64,000 nt of DNA from NCBI GenBank assembly GCA_042408215.1, contig JAYFMW010000006.1, positions 800,001 through 864,000 on the forward strand, written 5' to 3'. Origin of the DNA: Microcoleus sp. (GTDB lineage Bacteria > Cyanobacteriota > Cyanobacteriia > Cyanobacteriales > Microcoleaceae). Positions 23,029-34,013 of the stretch are shown here, one piece after another. The translations under genes were made by a program, and so were the position numbers. The notes below the pieces were generated by a model, which saw only the letters and a list, made by a program, of their open reading frames with translations, made no database searches and was not told the origin of the DNA. Position 1 is the first letter of the stretch, and the number at the start of each line of letters is the position of its first letter.

Positions 23029-24018
23029 CTAACCAATCAAGAAAGTACCGTTACCATTGGGTTCTAGGAAGGCCAAATTCAAACTTGCTCCTCCTTCAAT
23101 CACGCCGAGCACATCTCCAAAACGCTGGATTGACAAATTGCTGCCAACGGGAGTCAGGCTGTAGCCGTCGCTTAAAGAATTTCCTTGGAGTTGGATCAAA
23201 TCCTTTGCTATGTCGAAGTTCCGAATAGTAGCTTGACCGTTACCCAAATAGAGCGGCGTCGCATTTAAATTCCCGGCTGTAGGAGGAACTCCGAGTACGA
23301 ATGTATCAACTCCGGGGCTGCCAATCAGGACATCGAATTCATTGGTTCCAAAGCTTTCATATTGCCGATTTCCTGTGGGATCAATACCTACTTCCACTCC
23401 CACGAGTTCGGTACTCCCCACACCAACGCCAGTTAAAATATCGTTGCTGCGGCTCCCGACAAAAGTCGCAGAGCGGGCCGGCTCAAATTGCCCGAAATTG
23501 AAGTAGTGTTCCCGACCGGTTTTCAAGGTTCCAGAGTTGACAAACGGCACAATATCGGGGTTTTTCTTTAAGTATTCCGGTTCAAAGAAAGAAGTTCCAA
23601 AACGACCTTCTTTTGCCCCGAATTGAATGAAATGCTGGTAGCCTGATTTGAAAGGTGCATTTGTGCCTATAAACGATTGCAGTTCTGAGTTATTTGCTAA
23701 ATAAAAATCTTCGTTGTACTCAGGCGATACTTGAGTGCGGCGCTGTCCTTCATCGTAACCGAATTGGATAAAGTGATCTAGCCCAGTCGCGAAAGGTGCG
23801 TTTGGATTGACAGTCTTGACAAAGGGTTGGAGGTCTGGGTTGCCGGCAAGGTAAGTAGCTTCGTCAAAATACCGCGATACTTTAGTTAGGCCGGCGGCTT
23901 CACCAAATTTTTGAAAGTGTTCTAGTCCCGATTTGATGACTCCTGCATCAATGGCTGGTTTGATCCAAGGATAGGAGGCCAGGTAGAATTTTTCGTCAAA
24001 AATTGCGTAGTTAGCCAT
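23029..24018 (-). CDS. Protein with FDExxYLxxNPD...GLxHFxxFG repeats and a Gly-rich RTX/Ca-binding-like C-terminus, probably surface/secreted
   Basis: Four repeat units; NDILTG / DVLIGSPGVDTFVLG and ATIRNFD..DLIQL motifs. Confidence 0.75.
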   Translation of the reverse strand: MANYAIFDEKFYLASYPWIKPAIDAGVIKSGLEHFQKFGEAAGLTKVSRYFDEATYLAGNPDLQPFVKTVNPNAPFATGLDHFIQFGYDEGQRRTQVSPEYNEDFYLANNSELQSFIGTNAPFKSGYQHFIQFGAKEGRFGTSFFEPEYLKKNPDIVPFVNSGTLKTGREHYFNFGQFEPARSATFVGSRSNDILTGVGVGSTELVGVEVGIDPTGNRQYESFGTNEFDVLIGSPGVDTFVLGVPPTAGNLNATPLYLGNGQATIRNFDIAKDLIQLQGNSLSDGYSLTPVGSNLSIQRFGDVLGVIEGGASLNLAFLEPNGNGTFLIG

Positions 24019-24552
24019 GTTTTTATACCAAGGTTTTGATGAGTTTGATCGTGAATACTAATTAGCTTTTCATTCACTCGAACGCCGAGGGGCAAATTAC
24101 ACAGGAACAGACTTTATGAAATGGTTTTAAGTTCCCAGGAAAAAATCAATTCTTGTGAGAAAGCAATTATCCCAAGGTTTTATTCTGCCTTCATAAATTA
24201 TGCCTTTTTCCCTCTGTTAATTCCTCTATCGCAAGTTGGATCTGTTCTCCAAAACTTGGAACTTTCTTCAGGACTTTTTGCTCAAAGGTTGGTTGATTGG
24301 GGATTATTTTTCTTTTATATCTGAATCCTAAGCATGAATTAATCTATATGTCAAGTAAATTTTTGTAAATAAAATTTGGAGTATTTGCTCAAGGAATTTG
24401 TAAAAAAATGTAACTAAAAATTGCCATAAATTTGTCGAATTGTGCGATCGGCAGGCTCAAATCACCTAATGGGCAGCGTTTTCTGGTAAAAATACTTATG
24501 GGGGAAAAAATTCCCGATTCCCGAAAACAGCATTTTAAAGGAGCCTAACCGG

Positions 24553-27500
24553 ATGTTCACTCACGTCAAGCCCACCATTCGCCACGTTGTGCCGGAAAAC
24601 TTGCAGGGGCGATCGCTCCTCAAGGTGGTCTATGTCGTACTCGAACCGCAGTATCAAAGCGCCCTGTCGGCAGCGGTTCGATCGATCAACAGCAAAAACC
24701 CGAATTTGGCGATCGAAATCAGCGGCTACCTGATCGAGGAACTCCGCAGCCCGGAAAATTACGAAGCTTTCAAGCGGGATGTCGCTGATGCCAACGTATT
24801 TATTGCTTCTCTAATTTTTATCGAAGATTTGGCCGAAAAAGTGGTAGCGGCGGTGGAACCAGTACGCGATAGCTTGGATGTCGCCGTCGTATTCCCGTCG
24901 ATGCCGGGGGTGATGCGGCTCAATAAAATGGGCAGTTTCTCGATGGCACAGTTGGGACAAAGCAAAAGTGCGATCGGCGAATTCATGAAAAAACGGAAGG
25001 AAAAATCCGGGAGTTCCTTCCAAGACGGAATGCTGAAACTGCTGCAAACTTTGCCGAAAGTCCTGAAATATTTGCCCCTTGACAAAGCTCAAGATGCCCG
25101 CAACTTCATGCTGAGTTTCCAATATTGGCTGGGAGGTTCCCAAGAAAACTTGGAAAACTTCTTGCTGATGCTGTCACATAAATATGTCTTCAAAGGCCAG
25201 TCACAGCCAACTTTCCAAGAACCAGTTGTTTATCTAGACATGGGGATTTGGCATCCTTTGGCACCGTCCATGTTTGAGGATGTAAAAGCATATCTGACCT
25301 GGTTTAATGCCCGCACAGATATTTCTGCGGATCTCAAAGATCCCCTTGCACCTTGCATTGGTTTAGTGTTGCAGCGCACTCACTTAGTCACAGGAGATGA
25401 CGCCCATTATGTAGCGATGGTGCAGGAATTGGAGGCAATGGGCGCGCGGGTAGTGCCGATTTTTGCCGGCGGTTTGGACTTCTCGAAACCTGTTGAGACT
25501 TTTTTCTTGGAAGTCGGGGCGAAAGGTGTTACACCTCTGCCGATTGTTGATGCGGTGGTTTCTTTGACTGGTTTTGCTTTGGTGGGTGGCCCGGCGAAAC
25601 AAGATCACCCGAAGGCGATCGAATCTTTGAAAAAATTAAATTGCCCTTACATGGTGGCTTTGCCGCTGGTTTTCCAAACGACAGAAGAATGGGAAGATAG
25701 CGATTTAGGCTTGCACCCGATTCAAGTTGCGTTGCAAGTTGCGATTCCTGAGTTGGATGGGGCGATCGAACCGATTATTGTGTCGGGACGCGATGGCGCA
25801 ACTGGAAAGGCGATCGCCCTGCAAGATCGAATTGAGACGATTTCCCAGCGCGCCATGAAGTGGGCAATGCTGCGTCGCAAACCGAAATTAGACAAGAAAG
25901 TTGCCATCACAGTTTTCAGTTTCCCGCCCGATAAAGGCAACGTTGGAACTGCCGCTTATTTGGACGTTTTCGGCTCGATTTACGAAGTATTGAAAGGCTT
26001 AAAAGGCAACGGCTACGACTTGCCAGAATTGCCGGATTCCGCCGACAAACTGATGCAAGAAGTCATCCACGACGCAACAGCCCAATACCAAACTCCCGAA
26101 TTGAATATTGCTTACCGGATGTCCGTAGCTGAGTATGAAGAATTCACTCCTTACTCGGAACGTTTGCAGGAAAATTGGGGGCCGCCTCCCGGACATTTGA
26201 ACAGCGACGGACAAAATTTGCTGATTTATGGCAAACACTTCGGCAATGTGTTTATCGGAGTGCAGCCTACTTTTGGATATGAAGGCGATCCGATGCGGTT
26301 GTTATTCTCTCGTTCTGCTAGCCCCCACCACGGTTTTGCTGCTTACTACACTTATTTAGAGCGCATTTGGGGTGCAGATGCGGTGCTGCATTTTGGCACT
26401 CACGGTTCGCTGGAATTCATGCCAGGTAAGCAGATGGGAATGTCTGGGGATTGTTATCCTGACAGTTTGATAGGCAAGATTCCTAACCTCTATTATTACG
26501 CTGCTAATAATCCCAGTGAGGCAACAATTGCTAAGCGTCGCAGTTATGCTGAAACTATCAGCTATCTGACTCCTCCGGCTGAAAATGCTGGGTTGTATAA
26601 AGGTTTGCAGGAACTCAGCGAGTTGATTGCTTCTTATCAAACTTTGAAAGATACTGGGCGCGCTGTGCCGATTGTGGATGCGATCGTCGAGAAGTGCCGT
26701 TTGGTGAATTTGGATAAGGATATCGCCCTACCTCCCGAACAGGAACGAGGGGTTGCTGCGGGTATGACTGCGGAGGAACGGGATAATTTAGTTGGCTTGG
26801 TTTACCGCAAGTTGATGGAGATTGAGTCGCGGTTGTTACCTTGCGGTTTGCACATTGTTGGGAAGCCGCCGACTGCGGAAGAGGCGATCGCAACTTTGGT
26901 AAATATCGCCAATTTAGACCGGGAAGAAGAGGGATTGAGTAGTTTGTCGCGGATTATTGCTCAAAGTTGCGATCGCAATATTGACGATATCTACACCAAC
27001 AATGACAGAGGCATTTTAGCAGATGTTGAATTGCTGCAAAACATCACCTTAGCCTGCCGCGATGCCGTTGCCGCTTTAGTGAAGGAAAAAACCGATGCTG
27101 AGGGTCGAGTTTCCCTGGTTTCCAAGTTGAATTTCTTCAACATGGGCAAGAAAACACCTTGGATTGAATCCTTACACGCGGCGGGTTACAAAAAGGTCGA
27201 TTCAGACCTGATTAAACCGCTGTTTGAGTATCTAGAATTCTGCTTGCAGCAAGTTTGCGCCGACAATGAATTAGGCGCACTGTTGCGCGCGTTAGAAGGC
27301 GAATATATTATCCCCGGCCCAGGTGGCGATCCGATTCGCAACCCGGATGTTTTGCCAACTGGGAAGAATATGCACGCTTTGGACCCGCAGTCAATCCCCA
27401 CCACAGGGGCGATTAAGTCTGCTAAGGTTGTAGTCGATCGGCTATTAGAAAGACAGCGCACTGATAACGACGGAAATTACCCAGAAACCATCGCCGTTGT

Positions 27501-28549
27501 GTTGTGGGGAACCGACAACATCAAGACTTACGGCGAATCCCTCGCCCAAGTAATGTGGATGGTGGGAGTTAAGCCAGTACCCGACGCTTTGGGCCGCGTC
27601 AACAAACTGGAATTGCTGTCTTTAGAAGAATTAGGACGGCCTCGGATTGACGTAGTAATTAACTGTTCCGGCGTCTTCCGCGACTTGTTCATCAACCAAA
27701 TGAACCTGTTAGATAAAGCCGTGAAAATGGCAGCGGAAGCCGACGAACCTTTAGAGATGAACTTCGTCCGCAAACACGCCTTGAAGCAAGCCGAAGAAAT
27801 GGGAATCAACCTGCGCCAAGCAGCCACCCGCGTCTTTTCCAATGCTTCTGGTTCCTATTCATCTAACGTCAACTTGGCGGTAGAAAACAGCACCTGGGAA
27901 ACCGAAGCCGAGTTGCAGGAAATGTACTTAACTCGCAAATCCTTCGCCTTTTCTTCCGACAATCCTGGAACAATGGAACAAGACAGGCAGATTTTTGAAT
28001 CATCCTTAAAAACTGCGGAAGTCACCTTCCAAAACTTAGATTCTGCGGAGATTTCCCTAACCGACGTGTCGCACTATTTCGACTCCGATCCGACTAAATT
28101 GATCGGTAGTTTGCGCGCAGATGGGAAGAAACCAACATCCTTTGTTGCTGATACAACAACAGCGAACGCGCAGGTACGGACGCTATCAGAAACGGTGCGT
28201 TTAGATTCGCGGACTAAGCTGCTGAATCCGAAGTGGTATGAGGGGATGTTATCGCACGGATATGAAGGCGTGCGGGAGATTTCTAAGCGTCTGGTGAATA
28301 CGACTGGATGGAGTGCGACTGCGGGCGCGGTGGATAATTGGGTGTATGAGGATGTGAACGGTACGTTTATCCAAGATGAGGAGATGCAGAAGCGTTTGCT
28401 GAATTTGAATCCTCATTCTTTCCGCAAGATTGTGAGCACTTTGCTTGAGGTGAATGGCCGGGGTTATTGGGAGACTTCGGAGAGTAATTTGGACCGTTTG
28501 CGTGAGCTTGTATCAGGAGGTGGAAGACCGGATTGAGGGGGTAGAATAG
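24553..28549 (+). CDS. chlH: Magnesium chelatase subunit H, with an apparent +1 frameshift in the last codons
   Basis: [37 protein letters not shown]; open frame stops at 28536, while the conserved [12 protein letters not shown] lies in the shifted frame ending 28549. Confidence 0.95.
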
Positions 28550-28559
28550 GATAGTTTGG

Positions 28560-28579
28560 GGCAGGCTTTCGGGCCTGCC
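28560..28579 (+). terminator. Hairpin after chlH
   Basis: GGCAGGC-TTTCGG-GCCTGCC. Confidence 0.5.
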
Positions 28580-28592
28580 TCTTGACTATTTT

Positions 28593-29993
28593 ATGTCTAT
28601 GTTCAGTCATAACGAAAATAAAATGAATCTAACTATGTATGCTCAACAACTTGAATTATTTGACTTATTCAATCCAAATCCCATTAAAACTGTCCGATCG
28701 CAATTAACGTTCGTAGACTTATTTGCTGGGATTGGTGGCTTTAGAATTCCTCTGGAAGAATTAGGCTGTAAATGCTTAGGGTATTCAGAAATTGACAAAA
28801 AAGCCCTTCAAGTTTATCGAGATAATTTTATTAAATATGCCAATTCAGATGAAGTATATTTAGGGGATATTACCAATCTAAATCTATTCCCTTTTGCCAT
28901 AGATCTATTAGTCGGTGGTGTTCCCTGTCAACCTTGGTCTATTGCAGGTAAATTACAAGGTTTGGACGACCCAAGAGGCAAGTTGTGGACAGATGTATTT
29001 AGGGTAGTAAAAGCTAATCGTCCCAAAGCTTTTATATTTGAAAATGTCAAAGGCTTGACTGAACCAAGAAATATAGAAAGCTTGAAATACATAATTGATA
29101 ATTTAACATCATCTGGTTATGTTGTCAAATACGAGGTGCTAAATTCCTATGATTTTGGACTGCCGCAAGATAGAGATAGAATGTTTATAGTTGGCATTAG
29201 GAATGATCTAGAAAGATGCTGGGGATTTACATTTCCTAAACCCATCGATAGCGCTATAAAGCTTTATGATGTGATACCAGGGATTCAGCGTAGCAATTTT
29301 CGGAAGCAAAAATTTTCACCAACCGTTTTATTTGATGGCAAAATACCGGGTTCCAGAGGCAGATTTCAAAAGCTAGATGAATTAAATGACTTTTTCTTAT
29401 TTACTGATATTAGAGATGGACATACTACCATCCATTCTTGGGATTTAATCGAAACAACTAGCAGGGAAAAATTAATTTGTCAAACGATTATGAAAAATCG
29501 GAGAAAAAATATTTATGGAGAAAAGGACGGTAATCCTTTAGAATTTAAAGTGTTAGCAACACTAATTCCTGAGTTGAAACAAACAGAAATTGACAACTTA
29601 GTTGACAAAGAAATTTTGCGGAATGTAGATGAGAAAGGCTATGATTTTGTGAATTCTAAAATTTCTTCAGGGATTAACGGAATTTCTAAAATTTTCTTAC
29701 CTCATGCGGATGCGATCGCCACTTTAACTGCAACTGGAACTAGAGACTTTGTAGCAACAATCTCGATTCAATGTCAAGAACCCTTAGCATATAAGCAAAC
29801 ATTTATTAGGGAAATTTATGAAAAGAAAAAATTCCAACCTCTAACTGCACAGGATTACGCAAAATTGCAAGGATTTCCCGAATGGTTCAAAATTTCTGAA
29901 AATGAAACTACAGCCAAACATCAATTGGGTAATGCTGTGTCAATTCCTGTGGTTTACCATTTAGCCAAAGCATTACTAGAGATTATTTTGTAA
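28593..29993 (+). CDS. Type II DNA (cytosine-5) methyltransferase, HgiCII/AvaII-like
   Basis: DLFAGIGG (I), GGVPCQPWS (IV), FENVKG (VI), QDRDR (VIII), LQGF/LGNAV (IX-X). Confidence 0.92.
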   Translation: MSMFSHNENKMNLTMYAQQLELFDLFNPNPIKTVRSQLTFVDLFAGIGGFRIPLEELGCKCLGYSEIDKKALQVYRDNFIKYANSDEVYLGDITNLNLFPFAIDLLVGGVPCQPWSIAGKLQGLDDPRGKLWTDVFRVVKANRPKAFIFENVKGLTEPRNIESLKYIIDNLTSSGYVVKYEVLNSYDFGLPQDRDRMFIVGIRNDLERCWGFTFPKPIDSAIKLYDVIPGIQRSNFRKQKFSPTVLFDGKIPGSRGRFQKLDELNDFFLFTDIRDGHTTIHSWDLIETTSREKLICQTIMKNRRKNIYGEKDGNPLEFKVLATLIPELKQTEIDNLVDKEILRNVDEKGYDFVNSKISSGINGISKIFLPHADAIATLTATGTRDFVATISIQCQEPLAYKQTFIREIYEKKKFQPLTAQDYAKLQGFPEWFKISENETTAKHQLGNAVSIPVVYHLAKALLEIIL

Positions 29994-30007
29994 TTGTGAC
30001 TTAAAAT

Positions 30008-30847
30008 ATGACAGCTATTAGCACAAAACAACGAGAAATAATTAAAGGATATCTTGAAGGTTTTATTCAGGGGATTGTAGATGAATATAAAGGTCGGATT
30101 ATTCACAAATCAACTACTGGAATAGAGTACCTGTCGCGCAGTTCAACTAATGGAGAATTAAAACCTTTTCAAGCCGCGTTAATTCCAATAGAATTAATAC
30201 GAATCAATCAATTTGAGCGAGGTTTAAGTACAAGGTTAGGAAACTCTCTTGAAGAATGCGCTAAGTTAATTGCCCTTGAACATCATCAAGATGCACGTCG
30301 AGGATATGATATCAGAGCGGAAGTAAGTATTGCAGCTTTTGAAGAAGCTCAACGTCAGAAAGAATACTATGAATCTATGGATAAAAAAGGACAAACTAAA
30401 CCATCTTTTGAGCAGATGATAACAGCAGTGCTGAATGCTAGACGATCGGATGATTTAGTAACAAAAACTGTACGTGCTGATCTTTGTATTTTTGCTAATG
30501 ACGGAACAGAATACTTATTTGAAATTAAAGCTCCTAAGCCGAATAAGGGTCAATGCTTAGAAGTTATCCAGCGTCTGTTGAGGTTTCATTTACTGCGGGG
30601 TGCAAAGCGTCCGCAATTGCAAGCTTACTATGCGATGCCTTATAATCCCTATGGTGTAACAAAAGCTGTTTATAAGTGGTCTCAGGCCAGAAATTATCTG
30701 CCTTTTGATGAAGCTGTAGTTATTGGAGATGAATTTTGGAATATTGTAGGCGGAGCGACTGCTTACGAGGAATTATTGGAAATATATTTAGAAGTGGGAC
30801 GTGAGAGAAGTAAATATATGATGGATGCTTTAGCCTTTGGGTTTTAA
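30008..30847 (+). CDS. Type II restriction endonuclease (TdeIII/HgiCII-like)
   Basis: Directly after the MTase; FERGLSTRLG, ADL...FEIKAPKPN (PD-D/ExK), AMPYNPYG, IGDEFWNIVGG. Confidence 0.8.
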   Translation: MTAISTKQREIIKGYLEGFIQGIVDEYKGRIIHKSTTGIEYLSRSSTNGELKPFQAALIPIELIRINQFERGLSTRLGNSLEECAKLIALEHHQDARRGYDIRAEVSIAAFEEAQRQKEYYESMDKKGQTKPSFEQMITAVLNARRSDDLVTKTVRADLCIFANDGTEYLFEIKAPKPNKGQCLEVIQRLLRFHLLRGAKRPQLQAYYAMPYNPYGVTKAVYKWSQARNYLPFDEAVVIGDEFWNIVGGATAYEELLEIYLEVGRERSKYMMDALAFGF

Positions 30848-30886
30848 GGAGAGGGAATTTTTGGTAAAGGCGGGGGTTGAACCATA

Positions 30887-31105
30887 ATGAAGTATGAAGT
30901 AATCATATACTGGAGTGAGGAAGACCAGGCATTTATTGCGAATACCTGAATTGCCATACCTGAATTGCCAGGATGTGCTGCGGATGGTGAAACTTATCAG
31001 GAGTCCTTGCAAAATCTAGAGATTATTATGCAGGAGTGGATAGAAACGGCTAACGCACTGGGTCGTCCTATTCCACAACCGAAAGGTCGATCGATGTTTG
31101 CGTAG
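30887..31105 (+). pseudogene. hicB: HicB-family antitoxin with an in-frame stop created by a 14-bp duplication
   Basis: [40 protein letters not shown]...GRPIPQPKGRSMFA*; ATACCTGAATTGCC x2. Confidence 0.85.
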
Positions 31106-31157
31106 TTGAAATAGAATCACAGGCGATCGCCCTGATCTTCCTAAAGTGCGATCGGCA

Positions 31158-31415
31158 TTATTTACCTATCAGCCGATCGTACTCTGCGTGCGTACCAATC
31201 CAAAACCACAAAATACCTGTTTTAATTTCAACACCCAACGCCCGATAAGCTTGGCCAGCCCTTACAGACCAATAGTTACCAACCTTCTTAAAATGCAGAG
31301 AAGGATGAGACGGATCTGCCTTCAGCAAATCATAACATTGATCTGCTGTAGCTTGTACATTAGATGGCAAAGCATTGTAACAATCCCAAAACTTTCGAGT
31401 AGTATAGTGCATCAA
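31158..31415 (-). CDS. RelE/ParE-like toxin
   Basis: FWDCYNALP..Q..A....LL..DPSHPSLHFKKVG.YWSVR....YRALG...WFWIGTHAEYD. Confidence 0.75.
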   Translation of the reverse strand: MMHYTTRKFWDCYNALPSNVQATADQCYDLLKADPSHPSLHFKKVGNYWSVRAGQAYRALGVEIKTGILWFWIGTHAEYDRLIGK

Positions 31416-31612
31416 AATTCTCGATAATTACCACTCTCAAAATCTGCGATCGCTTCCGCGGCTAAAGCATCCAGTTTACCCTCAGCAATATCTTTCTCTA
31501 ACTGAACATCCCATCGCTGGTAATCCAAATTGAGAAACCACTCTAACAACTCTCCAATCTTGTTGGGGGGAAGTTGGAGAATCGCATTTTCTATCTGTTC
31601 AATAGTCAACAT
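31412..31612 (-). CDS. Putative antitoxin paired with the 31158-31415 toxin
   Basis: Small acidic ORF overlapping the toxin start; WDxQLExDIAEGKLDALAAEA motif. Confidence 0.7.
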   Translation of the reverse strand: MLTIEQIENAILQLPPNKIGELLEWFLNLDYQRWDVQLEKDIAEGKLDALAAEAIADFESGNYREF

Positions 31613-31720
31613 AGGCTATCTTAAGTTACACTGAACTTCTTTGATTTTTTAGCTTGTTATTTAATAAACATCTCCCAAAAATACTGTCTTGAACAGGCTT
31701 TCCTACCTGTTCCACAATAA

Positions 31721-31963
31721 TTATGCCAGAGGTCTAATCATCCATTCTTCTCTAAGTTGCAACTGGAATTCCAAAGCATCCACACGATACGGCAAAAAAC
31801 CGCGCCATCGCTTTAAATTTTTTAGAGGCAATTTTTGATTGCTACCCTGAGTCTGGGTTGTTATGCGATCGCGCATCAATGCGGACAATACTTCTAAAAG
31901 TTGCTGTTGCTCCTTTGGTTCAAGTCTGAGAACCTCAGTCAGTACAGTGCTGTAAGTAGACAT
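31721..31963 (-). CDS. Small hypothetical protein, antitoxin-like
   Basis: 80 aa; C-terminal DALEFQLQLREEW motif resembles antitoxins that precede PIN toxins. Confidence 0.5.
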   Translation of the reverse strand: MSTYSTVLTEVLRLEPKEQQQLLEVLSALMRDRITTQTQGSNQKLPLKNLKRWRGFLPYRVDALEFQLQLREEWMIRPLA

Positions 31964-32151
31964 AGGCTTTATGTTCAGATTTTTGACTCGTGTTACTATT
32001 ATATAGCAATTAGAGACTTGGTTGTAAGAGTTTTTGCTGGCTCTATATTATATCTCAATTTACAATTCTCGAAAAAGCGATCGCCCTTAACACCTACTCG
32101 ATCTGCTACAATCGTTAATAAAGGTCGTTTAGCCCGCGATAAAATACCGCT

Positions 32152-32727
32152 ATGACTACCCTCACCCTCAACCTCAACCCCATTATTAAGCTGACAGACG
32201 AGCAGTTTTTCCAACTCTGTCAAGAAAATGAAAATATTAGATTGGAACGCACAGCCAAAGGAGAATTAATCATCATGTCACCAGCAGGAGGAGAAACTAG
32301 CAACAGCAATGCAGGATTAACTGCACAGATTTGGATTTGGAATCAGCAAAATAGACTAGGTAAAGTGTTTGATTCCTCTGGCGGTTTTAAACTTCCTAAT
32401 GGTGCAAATAGAGCGCCTGATTCTTCTTGGGTAAAATTAGAACGCTGGAATGCACTAACTCCCGAACAACAAAAGAAATTTCCCCCCATTTGTCCTGATT
32501 TTGTCGTCGAGTTACTTTCTCCCAGCGATAGTTTGAAAGAAACTCAGGATAAGATGAAAGAGTATCGAGACAATGGTGCTGTTTTAGGTTGGTTAATTAA
32601 TCGCAAATCGCGACAAGTAGAGATTTACCGTCCGAATCAAGAAGTTGAAGTGTTGGAATCTCCAGCCACTGTATCAGGTGAAGATGTTCTCCCCGGATTT
32701 ATTTTGAATCTTGAATCAATCTGGTAA
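32152..32727 (+). CDS. Uma2 family (DUF820) endonuclease-fold protein
   Basis: LERTAKGELIIMSP, FDSSGGFKLPNGA.RAPD, CPDFVVEL.SPSD, LGWLI, LPGF.L.L..IW. Confidence 0.9.
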   Translation: MTTLTLNLNPIIKLTDEQFFQLCQENENIRLERTAKGELIIMSPAGGETSNSNAGLTAQIWIWNQQNRLGKVFDSSGGFKLPNGANRAPDSSWVKLERWNALTPEQQKKFPPICPDFVVELLSPSDSLKETQDKMKEYRDNGAVLGWLINRKSRQVEIYRPNQEVEVLESPATVSGEDVLPGFILNLESIW

Positions 32728-32733
32728 TGTGCG

Positions 32734-32757
32734 TGAAGCGAAGCTATCCCGCAGGGA
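32734..32757. mobile_element. 24-bp small dispersed repeat in a HIP1 site (second copy)
   Basis: AATGT-GCG|TGAAGCGAAGCTATCCCGCAGGGA|ATCGC-ACATT. Confidence 0.8.
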
Positions 32758-32767
32758 ATCGCACATT

Positions 32768-32890
32768 ATATCAAATCCAGCAGCATCGGAATTATGTAGT
32801 GCGAGCGTCTCGCTCGCCGCATTGATAGCGAGCGAGACGCTCGCACTGATATCGTCCAAATATATTATTCCAATGCAACCGGACACGATC
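32768..32890. mobile_element. MITE of the ATATCAAwTCC family with an internal palindrome
   Basis: Ends resemble 14460-14598; internal AGTGCGAGCGTCTCGCTCGC...GCGAGCGAGACGCTCGCACT. Confidence 0.6.
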
Positions 32891-32913
32891 TTACCAAATT
32901 GAATTATCCTAAT

Positions 32914-33960
32914 CTATAGGATTTCCCTCAAAGTTTTAACTAATATTTGATTCTGTTCCTCCGTACCCACAGTAATCCGCAACTTATCTTCCAATCGCGG
33001 CTGCTTGAAGTATCGAATCAAAATCCCCAGCATTTTCAGTGTTTGATAAATCCTTTCTGCATCGCCTTGCGGCGGCCTAACTAACAAAAAGTTGGTTTGC
33101 GACGGCCAAACCTCAAAGCCCAACTGTTTGAGCGTCACTGCTAGTTTTTCTCGCGAAACCTTGATCTTTTCAGCATTGGCTGTCTTGTAATCTCGATCGG
33201 CGATCGCAGCCGCCGCCACTAGATAAGCCAAAGCATCCACATTATAGCTGTCTTTAACTTTATTTAACTCAGCCAGCAACTGCGGATTTGCGATGCCAAA
33301 ACCCAACCTCAATCCAGCTAGTGAATAGCCTTTAGAAAGCGTCCTCAAAACTATAACATTACTGTACTTTTTTGTCAAGTCTAAAGCATTTTGTTCCGCG
33401 AAATCTACATAAGCTTCATCAATCACAAGAAGGCCCGATAACCCCTTAGCCAATGTCTCCAAATCAGCAACAGATATAGCCGTTCCCGACGGACTATTTG
33501 GCGCAGCCACAAAAGTCACAGCACCTTGAGCTGCTATTAGTAAATCAACGGGTAACTGATAGTCTTCGGGATAGGGAACTTCGACAAAATCAGCCTCTTG
33601 AATCTCCGCCAACGTGCGGTACAATACATAGGTAGGTGCGGGACAAACCACCTGTTTTCCCGGTTCGCCAACAGCACGAACAATCAAGTTCAACAAATCA
33701 TCGCTACCGTTACCTGCGATAATCCAATCGCTAGGAACTCCTAAAACTTCGCTAGCTGCGAGGCGAAAACTTGTTGCTGTTGGATCGGGATATCTTCGCA
33801 ACATTTCTCCGTCTATTTCCCGCAGCACATTTAAAGCTTTTGGAGAAGGTGGATAAGCATTTTCATTAGAATTAAGTTTAATAATTTTTGTACCTAATGG
33901 TGGTTGTTCCCCAGGCACATAGCCAGACATTTCGTGGATGCTTGTGCGAAAATAATTCAT
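32914..33960 (-). CDS. hisC: Histidinol-phosphate aminotransferase
   Basis: KLNSNEN, RYPDP, GNGSDD, DEAYVDF, RTLSKGYSLAGLRLG, LRITVG. Confidence 0.92.
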   Translation of the reverse strand: MNYFRTSIHEMSGYVPGEQPPLGTKIIKLNSNENAYPPSPKALNVLREIDGEMLRRYPDPTATSFRLAASEVLGVPSDWIIAGNGSDDLLNLIVRAVGEPGKQVVCPAPTYVLYRTLAEIQEADFVEVPYPEDYQLPVDLLIAAQGAVTFVAAPNSPSGTAISVADLETLAKGLSGLLVIDEAYVDFAEQNALDLTKKYSNVIVLRTLSKGYSLAGLRLGFGIANPQLLAELNKVKDSYNVDALAYLVAAAAIADRDYKTANAEKIKVSREKLAVTLKQLGFEVWPSQTNFLLVRPPQGDAERIYQTLKMLGILIRYFKQPRLEDKLRITVGTEEQNQILVKTLREIL

Positions 33961-34013
33961 CTTTTATCTATCTTTTATCTGCGTTTATCTGCGTTCATCT
34001 GCGGTTAAAAAAA

